A stretch of DNA of 64,000 nt from Emiliania huxleyi CCMP1516 (lineage: Eukaryota). Under the pieces are notes generated by a model. It worked only from the letters and a program-made list of their open reading frames with translations, had not been told where the DNA came from and ran no database searches. Location: assembly GCF_000372725.1 (NCBI RefSeq), contig NW_005201392.1, forward strand, positions 190,521 to 254,520, in the 5' to 3' direction. Both the position numbers and the translations under genes were made by a program. Below, in pieces: positions 47,961 to 60,649 of this stretch. Each line of letters opens with the position of its first letter. Positions within the stretch are counted from its first letter, which is position 1.

Positions 47961-49473
47961 GCTCACCCACGCGCACTGGGCCTTGCACTTTGAATGCCGT
48001 GGGGCTCCTGTCGTCAGACGTGGAGACGCGAGGGTTGCCCCCCCTTGCCCCACCACCTCGTGTGTGTGGAGAAGTTTACCTTACCTTACCTTACCTTACC
48101 TCGCCCTTGGCCTTGCCGCGCCGGGACGCCAAGCCCGCGTAGAAGCCACGCACTCGCAAGGAGTTGAGGACGCCAAGCGTCGCCAGCGTCGTTGTGCTCT
48201 CAACCGCCGCGGCCCAGTGGCCCCGAAGAAGTCCAAGCCGCCGCGCCCAGTCGGTGGCAGCCAAGAGGGCAGCGCACCCTGCGAGGGTTGCCAGCTTCAG
48301 CGGCTGCAGCAGCGCGGCGAGGATGTGGTCGTAGCCGAGAAACAGCATGGCGAGTTGGCGAGCAGCGCCCAGAGGGGCAAGTCAGACGACCCACGCAGCA
48401 GAAGCTGCTTGGTGGCCTGCCCCTCGAAGAGGTCGTCGGCGTAACGTCTCAACTCGCGATTGAACTGGTCGCGGGCGCGCCAGTCGACAAGGGGCACCAT
48501 CTCGACGCGGACTCTCTCGGCTACGGGACCGGCCCCAGCTTCGCGTTCGGCTGACAAGCTGCCGAGCCCAAATCACTATAAAAGGCGTGATTTAAAAAAT
48601 AAAGAAGAAAATTGTGCTCTCCCGTTCCCCCGACGGCCTTTGCCTGGCATCCACACAAGGAAGCGGCCATTCACCGCACAACTGTGAACGGTGACTGTGC
48701 GTCTTGGGTCCGGAGTTGTGCGTTTATGTGAACGGTGACTCGAATGAGGAGCGAGTCGTAAGGCAAGCCAGCACTTCCTCGTCCGCTCGCGCTTGCCGCG
48801 CCGCATTGCGCCCGACTATACCGCCGCGAGCTGCACGCCTAGACCCCCGCGACGCCTATCGCTCACGGAACCCGCCGCCCCCTCACCTCCCCCACCACGC
48901 GATGCGCCCTCGCTCGTCGCTCGAGCGGCGCGAGCGGCTGTTCCCCAAATGGCCTCGCACCGCCTGCCTACTCCCGCTCGCAGGTGCAGCCGCTGCCATT
49001 GAGGAGGGCGCGAGACGCGTCCGCTGCTGCCCATTCCCCACCCTTGTCCCGCGCGACCGCCCTCCCTCACTTCTGGCAAGAGAGCGACCCGCTCCCGCTT
49101 GCTCGCCAATCGCCGCCCGGCTCCAGTCCGAGCGCCGAGGACGCGAGAGAGCGTGCCGGCGGCCTCGTCTCGACGCTCACGCCGCGACGTGCTGCCCGTA
49201 GGCGCGGCTCTCCTCTCTCCGACTCGCTCTCTCTTCCCATTCAGCATGCACATGCTGTGCGGCGCGTTTGATTTCTTTTTATCTGTGCAGGCGAGGCTCG
49301 AGGCTGGGGGGCGGGTAGGCGGGGGGGCTGCGGGGCTGGGTGGGTGGGTGGCGGGCGGGCTCGAGATCGCGCGACTGATCGTTTCGTGGGGAGATTCCCC
49401 GAGCGCTGGGTGGGTGGAGATTGCGACGATTGATCCAATTCTCGGAGCATTTGGAGATTCCTCGAGATATTCT

Positions 49474-49547
49474 TATACCCCCATATACCCCATATACCCC
49501 CATATACCCCCATATACCCCATATACCCCCATATACCCCCATATACC
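49474..49547 (+). repeat. (CCCCATATAC)n 10-bp tandem repeat
   Basis: Seen directly in the sequence. Confidence 0.95.
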
Positions 49548-49659
49548 TTCTGGACATCTCCATAGCCGTTTTTGACCCTCTTTCACATGGTCATGATCCC
49601 GTAGGTGCTGACCTCTCCGTTCGCCGAGATGGACCCGACGGAGATTCGGAGATGACCAT

Positions 49660-49990
49660 CGCAGTACTGTTATTGCTGGGGACTGGAGACTGTGCTGAGC
49701 GGAGACTGTGCAGAGTCTCCAGTAACCAGTACAAATAGTACTGCTCTGCACAGTCTAGTAACCCAGTCATAATAGGAGTGCTCTGCACAGTCTCCAGTAA
49801 CCACTAATAATAGGAGTGCTCTGCGCAGTCTCCAGTCCCCAGTCATAATAGTAGTGCTCTGCACAGTAAACCAGCAGCAGAGCTCTGCTGCACAGCCTCC
49901 AGTAACCAGTAATAATAGTACTGCTCTGCACAGTCTAGTAACCAGTCATAATAGTAGTGCTCTGCACAGTAACCAGCAGCAGCAGTACTA
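49660..49990 (+). repeat. Degenerate minisatellite with about 40-bp units (AGTACTGCTCTGCACAGTCT..AGTAACC..ATAAT)
   Basis: About 7-8 recurrences of TGCTCTGCACAG and AGTAACC. Confidence 0.85.
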
Positions 49991-50052
49991 TCACATGAAC
50001 CCGTCTCTCTTTGGCGTGCATACCCCCGCGCGGCTGCAGGAACTCGATCAAC

Positions 50053-52798
50053 ATGCTCGACAAGCTCAAACTCGAGCTCGTGCCGGCCGCTGGTGACAAG
50101 CTCGTGCTCAAGCTCTCTCCTCCGCCGCCGCCGCTTGCTGACAAGCAGGCGTGCTTGCGCGCACGTGACAATGCGCTCCCACCTGCAAGACCTATCCTCC
50201 GGCCTTCTGGGTGACACAGGCGTCGCTGGCGGGCAACACGACCGTTAACGCTGCCGGAGGCGAGGCCGCCGGCATCCCGTCCGAGGGCAAGCCCGCTTCG
50301 CTCGAGGACGTCATCGGCAACGGCAATGACGTCCCGTCCGAGTCGGCGCCGACGGCTCCTGTCGGCATCACATCGCTGTCGCCTTCGCTCCTCGGAGCCG
50401 AGGTGAGTGTGCGCACGCCAGGATTGTCATCATCCCTCTACGGTCTCCCTGTCTCCGCACACTTGCGTGTTCTCCCCTCACCCAGGCGTGCGGCATCAAG
50501 TCCGCCGCCGCCGAGGAGTCCGCCGCCAAGTCCGCCGCCGCCGAGGTGTCCGCCGCCGCGGAGGCAGTCGCCGAGGAGGCGCCCGTCGCCGAGGAGGTCG
50601 TCGCCGAGGAGGTTGCCAAGGACGTCGAGAAGCCGGCCAAGACCGTTTCCAACACGCCCGACCCAACGGTGAGCCAGCATTCTCTCCTGGCACTAATCGC
50701 TTCCCACCCACCGGTAACAATTCTCTCTCCGAACCAAGAACGACCCGGCGCTCAAGCCGGTCATCAAGATCGACACGGCTCTCAAGCAGGCGGCGGTTTG
50801 CGGCGAGACGCTGCCGTCGGTCAAGGAGCCTCCGGAGGAGGAGCCCGCCCCGGCGGCGAGCGCCTCCCAGCACCATTCCGTGCACACACTGTCGTAAACC
50901 CCGTGACTCTGTCGTACGTCGCGCGCAGGGCATCGACGAGTGGGCTCTCAAGCCGGCGGTGGCCGGCGGCGAGACGCTGCCGTCGATCAAGGAGTTTCCG
51001 GAGCCCGCCCCAGCGGCGAGCGCCTTGCTTCTGTGCCGTGCGCCTGCGGACCCACACTGACTGACCCCACCCCGCTTTCATTGCGTAGGGCGACGACGGC
51101 TGGAACGTCTCGGCCAAGGAGTTTCCAAAGGAGAAGCCCGCCCCGGCGGCGAGCGCCGCATTCTGTGCCGTGCGTCTGCGGACCCGCTGACTGACCCCAT
51201 CGCGCGTTTTATGCGTAGGGGCCCGACTGGATCGCCTCGAACTCGCGCAAGAAGACGGAGCGCAAGGGCGAGGTCACGCCCACGAAAGTCTCCAACAAGT
51301 ACGGTCTGCTCGACGACGTCGAGACGAACGTCATGGCGGAGATCGACGAGGACGAGGACGAGAAGAAGGCAAAGGAGAAGGGCGCGGAGTCGGGCAAGGA
51401 GTCCACGGTGCGCGCCCTCCCACACAGACGACACACACTGCCCCGCGCCCTTGCTAGCGCGTCGCGCGCACCGCAGTTCGAGTCTGTCTCGCCCGAGTCT
51501 GTCGGTGGCATGGCGCCCCGCGGCTCCACGCCGTCGACCACAGACTCGGTGCTCGCCGCCTCTGCATGCGCCGGGCTCCCTTTTGCCCGTAGCTCACAGC
51601 CAGTCTGACTCCCACGCCCCCTGTTCAGGGCGCGCGGGTCGATAAGACCACGACGGTCGAGAAGACCACGACCGGCTCCGTCTCCGGCTTCGGCTGGTTC
51701 TCCTGGCCCAAGTTCTGCTGGCGCGACATGCTCTGCACCGTCTTCGTCTGCCTGATCGCGGTGGGCGCGAGCGGAGGGGCTTTTGCCTACTTCTCGCACG
51801 GCTCTGACAGCCTTCTCCCTTCGATCGCTGTGCCCGATGCGACGGCGCTCCCGACCGAGCGAGTCCGCGCCGAGACAGCCAGCGCAGTGCTGCGGCCCCA
51901 GTACCAGCCGTCGCCAGTGGAGCGCGAGTGGGCGAGGCTGGTGGCGGAGGTCGATCCGAGGGAGTGCCAGCACGCCTGGTCGAACGGCTCGCGGCTCATG
52001 GCACGGCTCGAGCGCGACGTGGCGTCCAGCGCCGTGTTTGAGCAGAGTTCTTCCTTCACCGTGGGCCCCGAATCCCAAGCCCTCGTCTGGCCTATCGAAC
52101 CTCTGGTGTCCTTCTTGCGTTGGCCCGCAGCGCTGTCGCCAGGCCATACCACGCGCGCGGCCATCATGAACAAGAGCTACTACCAGCTCGCGCCGGTCCG
52201 GGCAGGGTCGCGCCGCTTCTTGTTCTTCGACATAGGGGCATCGCTGTACTCCAGCGCTCGGGCGGGCGGTGATGGCGGCTCGTCACTGCGCTGGTTCAGG
52301 AACCGCTACCAGAACCTGACAGGCTCCCCACAACCTTTCGACCACATCTACGCCTGGGAAGGCCAGGAGTACAACGCCACCGTCCTGTGGGACTCGTTCC
52401 CCGCTCAAGTGGTCCCGTTTGTCTCGTACTACAACGTTCGAGCCGACGCGCGGCCCAACGCCAAGCACAACCCGCTCCGAGTGCTGACGCAGGTGGCGCG
52501 CCTGGACGACCACGTGGTCATGAAGCTGGACGTCGACCACCAGGCGACGCAGGTTGCGCTCATCCAGCAGGTCCTTGGCAACCGCAGGATCTCGGCTCTG
52601 ATCGACGAGCTCTTCTGGGAGCACGAGGTGGCCGGATCCGCGATGGGCTGCCCACGGCTCTGGAAGGGGCGATCGGGTCATGGATGGTCGACAATGAGGT
52701 TTGACACCTCACAGGGCCGTGGCGGGACGCTCGCCGAGTCTTATGAGCTCTTTGGGCGGCTGCGCTCACTTGGCATCGCCGCACACTCTTGGGTCTGA
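50053..52798 (+). CDS. Type II membrane protein: multi-exon acidic/repetitive N-terminus, TM helix, FkbM/Methyltransf_21-like domain (start uncertain)
   Basis: FLFFDIGAS, DHIYAWE, VVMKLDVD, LIDELFWEH, LRSLGIAAHSWV. An exon starting at 51629 reads in frame into the 51728 ORF. Confidence 0.65.
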
Positions 52799-53298
52799 CG
52801 GTAGAGCAGGCGGACATCGCTTCCAGGGAGGGGGGCGCACTTCTACTCACACCACATGCTAGGGGGGGGGGGGGTCCGACCCCCCGCAGAGGCTTCACCA
52901 CATGCTAAGGGGGGGGGGGGTCAGAGACTCGTGGTCAGGCCCTCCGGGCCCTTGATTTTACGCCTCGTTTCGCAGCATTTTCGAGGGGGAAATCATCCTT
53001 TGGAGCTACATGAGCCTTGAGACTGGTCAGATTCCCCAAGATATTGGACTTTCAGCCACGATTTCACACACTTTTGGGGGCAAAATTGGCTCTCTGGCGA
53101 CAATTCCTAGCCCACGAACCGCTGGGGGTGCCCACCACATGCTAGGGGGGGGTCCGACCCCCCCAGAGGCTTCACCACATGCTAGGGGGGGGTCCCGCCC
53201 CCCCCAGAGGCTTCACCACATGCTAGGGGGGGGGTGGGGCGTGAGTAGAAGTGCGCCCCCCTCCCTGGAAGCGATGTCCGCCTGCTCGTAGCCGTACA
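52795..53298. mobile_element. Foldback/MITE with about 45-bp TIRs and internal CACCACATGCTAGGGGGG subterminal repeats
   Basis: GAGCAGGCGGACATCGCTTCCAGGGAGGGGGGCGCACTTCTACTCAC (about 52804-52849) is inverted at about 53241-53287. Confidence 0.85.
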
Positions 53299-54036
53299 GT
53301 ACACCATGCACGCGCGGCGCTGAGCATGACTGCTAGACTGCATGCCTGCATGATGCATGAGATTGAGAACACACTGAGAAGCCAATGCTTAGCCAAATTT
53401 GGGAGCGTGTGAAATCGGGTCGCTATGGACGGAGGGTCGCTTACACCGATTCGCGCAGGATTCGCGGTGGATTCGCAGGGATTCGCAGAGGATTCGCGCA
53501 GATTCACGCAGCACATCAGGATTTCCCCGCTTGCATCATATCATGGATTCCGCCATGTTATTATGGAGTCATGATATCTCAAAGCTCGGCACGTCATTTT
53601 CACGCTCTTGAAATCACACCTTGCCATTTCACACACAAGAAATCACGCTCTCGCCCCCCCCCCCCCCGAGCCTGAACGAAGCGATATTCGTTTGTCATTT
53701 TCTAATACAAGGCGCGCGATACACATAATAAGTACAAACGAAGTAGCCGTGCGCGCTTCTACTGGACACGCGGTGGGGCGCAACCAACATGGCCAGTGCT
53801 GTGCCGCAGAGCACCGGCGCCCACCAGACAGGCCGTGCGGAGCAGCAAAGCGTCTCATCTACATGCGCCGTACTCTGCTCGATTTCTTCCCTCCGCGAAG
53901 CCTCCACGCAAACCCGGAGTGGTGAGGGGCTGGTCGTGCGATGTTCTCAGGCCCAGTGAGGTAGTGCATCCGACGGTCCGGATCCTGCTGAACAAGCTCC
54001 TCTTGTAGCTCGATCGGTCACACCGCCATCGCCGTC

Positions 54037-56653
54037 GGGGAGAGGGGGGACGACACTGCTTCTGCAGCGTGCACCTCAATCCTGTACCGTGTTTGTTATG
54101 CCCCCCCCCAATGAACACACCAGTGAGGGTGGGCGAGACGATCGAGGGGTCCCGTACCATGCGGAACCGACCCTATCCAGTGCTCAAGTGCTCAAGTCAA
54201 TAACAAGGTCTGTGAGCTTCTTGTTTCTTATCAACCTGTCTGTGAAGAGGTATTTTCTTCTCAATAAGAGGGCTCCCGCGGCGATCAACACCGCAACTCC
54301 TTTTCTAAATTTCACCACGCTTCTTACGCGCGACGACGCTACAGCCTCCACCAAACCTCACACTTTTACTCACCCTCGGACATGCTTGCACCGTCATCCT
54401 GCGCGTCTGATGCGTCGCGCATCTGCTCGTCACCCTCTCCGTCACTCGCGTCGGCGGGCGACCGGGCTGTGGGTGCGGCCTGCTTCTTTCTTGCGCTCGC
54501 GGCGCCGGCGCCACGGCGCCGTTTGCGTCCGTCCTTTGCGCTTCGCTTGGCAAGCTCGCCCGCAAAGTACGCCGCGCGCGCGTCATCCCAGACGCCCTCC
54601 CCGTCGAGGCGTGGAAGCGCGTCTCCAGGTCGATGGCCGCCTGCTCGGCCGCGGCGAGCTTGCCCTGGTCGACGCACATGCCGCACACCGCGTGCGCCGG
54701 GCAGCCGCACTGGCCGCGTTGTGGGCGCACGGTCTTGGCGACCGCCGGCGCTGCGCGCCGGTCGTGCTGCTCACGCTGCCGGCGGCGCTGGTCGCGCGCC
54801 TGCCGATCGCGCGTGTTCGCGGCGGCTGCATCTCTTGCTCGTTTCGCTCGCACCCGAGCGGCTGTCGCCAGGCGCTTCAGGTCGGCGGTGCTGCGCGCGC
54901 GGCCGTCGGCCAGGCACAGCCACATGTCCTCCTCCTTAGCAGGCTCGCACGGCTTGCCGTCGAACTGCGGCTGGCGCCCGCGACGATGCTTCGCCCAGGC
55001 CGGGCACGATGGTGCCGCGACGAGCGGCGTCGAGGCGACGGCCATCGATGGGTCCAGAAGACTTGGAGACACTTCTACCAAAAAAATCGAGCACAATTGC
55101 GTTACATGGGCATGGCCGGGGTTTCTGCACCGAACGATCTTACTTTCGGTCTATCGAAAGTGTTGATCGATAACAAGGCTGTGAACAGTCAAGCTTGCCA
55201 GCGGCGCAGTGTAAACCTCACCCTGCTGCAGGCCGTGCAGGCGCTAGCGGCCGCTAAGGAAATGTCGGACAACCATTTCTTTGCAGAGCAGGAGCTGTGC
55301 AACGGCCGCCTCAACGACAGAGTGGTCGACAAGCAGCGGCGCGCGGGTGAGCCGAGGCACTGGCGAGTCGCTGCTCCGGCGGCGCGCCCGCCGTTGGGGC
55401 TGCGTGCGCCTCCTCGCCCACCGCGGTGCTGCATCCGGCCTTGCTTCCTGTAGGCGCGACACGAGCGCGTGACTTTCACGGGCGGCGTGGTGACGCGGGT
55501 GACCGAGGAGGTCAGCTTCGATCCGTCCGAGCCGATGCTCGCCTCCGGAGCGGAGCTTCTCGCCGGCCTGAGCCCGGCGGAGAGGCACGCGCTGCTGCAG
55601 GCGGACCCGCTGCCCGAGCGGGCGCCGGCGGCAGAGCCGACACCCGCGCTGGGGGCTTGCGACGCGTCCGCCGGCTGCGACGAAACTGATGACACTGAAA
55701 GCGAAGAGGCGGCCGCTGGACAGCACACCTTTCGCGCCGCTCACGCGGGGGTGCGGAAGAAGAAGGGGAGGCGGCCGGCCGGCCGGGCTGCCATTGGCGG
55801 CGGAGGAGCCGTGAGAACCGCCGCTGCGTCACGGCCGTCGGTGGATGTGGCTCGGCTCTCGTTTGGTGGGGAGGAGGAGGAGCAGGGGTGAGGCTATCTG
55901 TGTGAGGTGATCACCCACAGAATCACAGAGTGACACCAGACGCGCCACACAAGTCTCTCTCGTGAATTAAAGATTTGCCCGAATTGTGTAAATGAGTTTC
56001 GGGGCAGTTCATCATGCATCATGGGTATAAGGTCGGTCGCGGGGTCCCGGGGGGGTCGATTTTTGGAAGTGAATAGCACGGCATAGAAACAAGGTGTGCG
56101 TTAGCTCGAAAGAAACACATAGGCACCCACATGGGTTGCCATCCCTCAACACAAGTGGCCCACGGTTCACATTCACACACCCGGCCGCACCGCTCACGCA
56201 CGCAAATGGCTCTCGCACCACCTCAACACACGCGCACGGGGGCGGAGGACGCGCGCTAGTCACTCCTCCTCGCCCTCCTCGCCCTCCTCCGCCTCCTCCG
56301 CCTCCAGCTCAGACGCCGCATCGAGCTCCGCCTCGTACGCGTCGATCAAGTCGTCGTGAATCTGTGACTCTGGCTCCCACGTCGACACGTCGGGCGGGTA
56401 CCCCTTCCAGAGGATCAAGTAGTACGTCACCTCGACCCGCTTCTTGCCCTGTGAGGCGAGAAGAGAGGTGGTCGGGCACGTGAGCGATGGAGTGGCAATA
56501 AGCAAGGGCAGGTGCGAGTGTGAGGGCGCAAGCACCTTGCCGACCGTCTCCACCTTGCTGTCGAGAATGCGCTCGATGTCAAACTTCTCACTCGCCTCCC
56601 ACTGCCAGCCGTTGAGCTCACGCAGATCGACCCTCTTCCTCTTCTTCTTCTTC

Positions 56654-56691
<38 letters not shown>

Positions 56692-58595
56692 CTCTTCGCC
56701 CGCCACCCGCCGCTGCCGCACCTTCCGCACCACGCCGTCGCCGTCGCACCCAGAGTCGCCGTCCTCGAGGTCGTTCGCCTCGACGCCAGGGTCGCTCGAC
56801 CAGCGATCCGAAGAGTGGCCGCTATCTATGCGAGGGAAAGAGCGGGGCCCTCGACGCCTCTGTCCGGCCCTCCGAGGGGGGGAAGGGAATTGCGGGGTCC
56901 CCACGGGCGCCTCAGTTCGGCCCTCCCGAGGGGGGGAGGGGGAGCCAGGGGGTGGGGGGATCGGGGCGGTGGGGAGGGGTCTCGGTTTTGTGTGGCTAAT
57001 ACTTGCCTTTCGGGGAGGGGCCTCAGCCAAGCGCTCATCACATAAGTGAGAGCTGCCCGACGTCTTCCCCCCCTCCCTCGAGGCAGCGAGTAGGCAGCGA
57101 GTGGAGGTCTCGAGCGCCTATACGACAACACTTTCAGAAATGGATTGTCGACGCAAACGGCAGGCCCGAACGTGCTCGAAGAGACCGACTGGACCCATTG
57201 TTCAGATCTTTCGGCTCGATTGGGGTTCGCTCCGCCGCCGACGCTGGTGCGACAGCGACGAGCATCAACACGATGGCTCTTGACGCCGACACCTTCTTCC
57301 GCGTGCTGCTTTTCTTGGTAGAAAAGCTTTGGGACGTGGACACGGCGCCCAGAGAGGGTGATGACGCGAACGCGGAACTCGAGCAATTCGTGCAGGATCG
57401 CTGGCGTCTCTGCAAACTCCTCAATCCCCATGATCGGCTCTTCAAGCAGGGTACTCCAGAAGCAGGTCTCCGGGGGCCGCTTTCCCGCGGTGCTTTGCTC
57501 TTTCACCTTCGCCTCAAGCAGCGGGCAGACCCCACGGTACTTCAGCTCGCGCCCATGGACCCAGTCCCTGTGTTTGGGGTGCACACCAGCCGTCCAGCCG
57601 GCACTCAGCTCTCACCCCGTCACAGCTAGCAGTAGACATTGTTCGGTAGGAACGCGGTGCGAAAGCGATCGAAAGCGCGACCGAAAACAAAGAAATGCGA
57701 CTCGCTCACCCGTCACAGCAGACAGGCTCTCTCTCACAGCAGACAGGCTCGACACAGCTCACAGGTGCGGGCTGGCGCGTGCTAGCACTATCACAGGCGA
57801 ACCACCGGAGCCGTCAGAAGAAAACCCGCTGAGAAACACGGCTTGAGCACTTGAGCACTGGAAGGGTCGATTCCGCGTGGTACTGGGCTGGGTTTTTAGG
57901 CATTGTGGGGTTGGCACTCCCGTCGACCCTCATGACCTCCTGCGGTCTCTGAGATGGACACCAGTAGGTGTGGGACCATAGCCAGGGTACACTCGAAGGC
58001 TGGGTTAGCAGTAGAGGTCGATACTCGACGCGTCCCACATGGTCTGTGTCGCTGTCGGCACGCTGTCGACAGGACGTCGAGCGACACCGGTGGCAGTGCC
58101 ACCCAGGAGTGGTCGGGCGGTCTCCCGTCATGAGAGAGCCACCATGTGATCCGTATGATGATTCCTGACAACCGCCTCAGTCAACTTTCGTCACAGTTCC
58201 CGCTCTGAGAGGAGCTGCGGGTCAGTTCGACAGCTGGAGCTGTGTCGCCGGCGTGCAGCGGCCTGCCTCCGGAGGTGCCTCTGAGGTGGACATTTTTTGG
58301 TCACCGCGAGAGAACGCGTTCGAATTTTTACTCCGGAACTTCAACTCTGCACGCGCACCGGCCAGGGCTACATTAGTGCCAGTGAGGCGGAGGCGCGAGT
58401 CGGAAGGCCGCGACCGTCAAGTGTTCCCTTCGTTTTCCTACAATCGCTGTGAACCCAGCCACGTACGAGACCCCTCGACCGTCTCGCCCTCCCTCTCTGG
58501 TGTGTTCATTGGGGGGGGGTCACAACAAAGACGGTACAGGATCGAGCACGGCTGCTCAGAACGAGTGCAGGTGGGGACCCTGTCCTCCTCTCCCC
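54037..58595. mobile_element. About 4.5-kb element with about 160-bp imperfect TIRs (Mutator/Pack-MULE-like); right TIR split by a nested insertion at 57884-58462
   Basis: 54060-54157 is inverted at 58463-58560, and 54160-54197 is inverted at 57842-57876. GTAC is duplicated around the nested insert. Confidence 0.7.
56260..56820 (-). pseudogene. Chromodomain gene fragment inside the TIR element; intron 56535-56449
   Basis: FDIERILDSK...YYLILWKGYPPDVSTWEPESQI. Confidence 0.7.
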
Positions 58596-59051
58596 CATCC
58601 CTCGTTTGGGTTTGACTGTTTTCTTTCTTTCTTTAGAACGGAGGCTGAGGAGAGCGACGCGGTCCCTCGTCGAGACTCACAAGAAAACAAATCTGCAGCA
58701 CGGCCATCCCGCCCCCCCCCCGGGGCGTCTCAGAACGAGGCTGAGGAGAGCGAGGAGGCAGAGGATGAAACAGCAGAAGAGAGAACGACGAGAGTGGGAA
58801 GAACGCGAGGTGGCATTGGAAGGTCGCTGCGAGAATTGGCGAGAAGCTGCGAAGAGACGCGGAGTGCAGCAGAGTCACCGAGTCGATCCGCGTGCCTCCT
58901 CGTGTCCCGTACCGTTCTCACACATCCATAAACTCACTTTGGCCTCACTGAAGCGATGCCTGAATCCCAAATCCTCAGATTTTAGATTAGGACGCTGCGC
59001 ACCCTCTACTTCTGGTGACACCGGTGAGGACCGCTCACGTTGTTTATCAGT

Positions 59052-60281
59052 TTAATTACCGAGCGCGTCCAGGGTTAGCGGCGTCGAGGCGCGCAAGGCG
59101 AAGTAACTTCCTGCTCGGCTTCCTCCGGGCTCGCCGCAGCAAAAGAGAAGCGGCACCTGCGCGACGATCGCCGCCGATCTGCTAAAGGCAGACGGTACGG
59201 GCGATACGATGGCGCGGCGGCATCTCGTGAGGGTGAGCCAGGCGAGGACGGTCTTCTCCATCAAGCCGCTGTCAGTGTAGTCCTGGCTTCCGTACTTTGA
59301 CGCCGCCGCCGTCTCGTTGAGGTCGACGAAGCCACGCGGGCGCGTGAGCTGCGTGTACAGCGCCGGCGAGTCGGAGGTGGCAAAGCGCCGGCCGGATGAG
59401 CAGCGTGAGATCGACTGTGGCATCGGGACGCGCCTGGAGCGGGTAGCGAAGGGGAGCTCAAGGTGGAAGAAGCAGGCTCACCGCTCGCACGAGAAGGAGG
59501 TCCGCGCTTAGAGCCCGGGGGCGCGTTGCAGAGCTCGAGGTCCTTCGGCGGCACGTCGCGGTTCGTGCTGCTGCCGCTGTTGCAGGTGTTTTCGATTGAG
59601 CAGTGCGCGGCGTCGATCGACAAAGAACGGAGGTGCAGCCCTTCGTCGCAGGGTGGGATCTCGTGTCGCACCAGGAGCCTACGGCGAGAGGGCAAGGGGC
59701 GAACGTAGGCGCGATGTTCGGGTGGTATCTCTCTCGGCTACGTCTGGCCTGGGATGCGGCCGAATGAGGCGGAGGCAAGGCGAGCTGTCGTCCTTCATGT
59801 CGGCGCACGACGGCGGCGCGGTCTTCGGGCAGATCTTCTTGACGCCGGCTCGGCTGCGGAGGCAATCCAGGACATGCTTGTTGGGCGCGAGGTGGATCAG
59901 GACGGTGCTGAAGTTGCTGCGGAGCGCGGCAATCACGCCCTTGCACGTCGGCTTCCGGTAGACGGCCAGCCGCCGCTGCGGGTCATGCCACTCGCCCGTG
60001 TGGACGTACGCTCGCTTAGCTGGCATGCGCTGCACCGCGTTCCACGCCCGGCGCGTCGCCCGGAGGGAAGGCAGACCCTCGAAAGTGATGTGGCGGAGGA
60101 GGTCAAAGTGCACGCCGTCGCACATGGGTGGTGGCGGCGCAAAGTGCTCATTCAGCCGGCGCGGCGCGCAGAAGGCGAAGCGCACTGCCCTGTCTGAGGC
60201 GAGTGCGAGCTCGAGAAAGTTTGTCATGCCGAGGACGATGTGCCCCAGGCCTGTGCCGCGCCAAGGATCGAGAACAATCAC
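59052..60281 (-). CDS. Fucosyltransferase-like (GT-B, NodZ/FUT-type) protein; spliced or frameshifted
   Basis: N-terminal GTGLGH..LG...LALAS.R motif; FATSDS; AWLTLTRC...SAFSRSAA C-terminal motifs. Confidence 0.55.
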
Positions 60282-60649
60282 CTATTTTCAACGTGTCCTT
60301 GAGAACCTAAACGCGCGTCGAGATTAGTGCGATTTTTGGCGATTTTTGATGGTCTATTTTTCGCTTGGCAGTGGTGGGAAATCGCACTATTTAAGGGCAA
60401 AAACCGATTTGCTGTGGGGGGCGTGAGGGGCCGCCCCTCCGGTGGGTCAAAATCGTAGAGATGTGGCGGGGGCTTGAAATGTGCGACGTCTCGCCCAAAA
60501 ACGAATCAATCCCAAGCCGTAATAAAGCCGGTGAAGTCAACCCCTATCCCCGCGGCTCCATGTGCTGGAAGAACGAGCCGTGGGACATGTGCGCCTTCGG
60601 TATTTTTGACCCGGCCGCGAGCGTTATGCAAGCTATACCGATACAAAGA

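Noticed and set aside
49660..49990. Repeat array as a possible CRISPR
   Set aside because: Units are degenerate and contiguous with no unique spacers; no cas genes; eukaryotic context.
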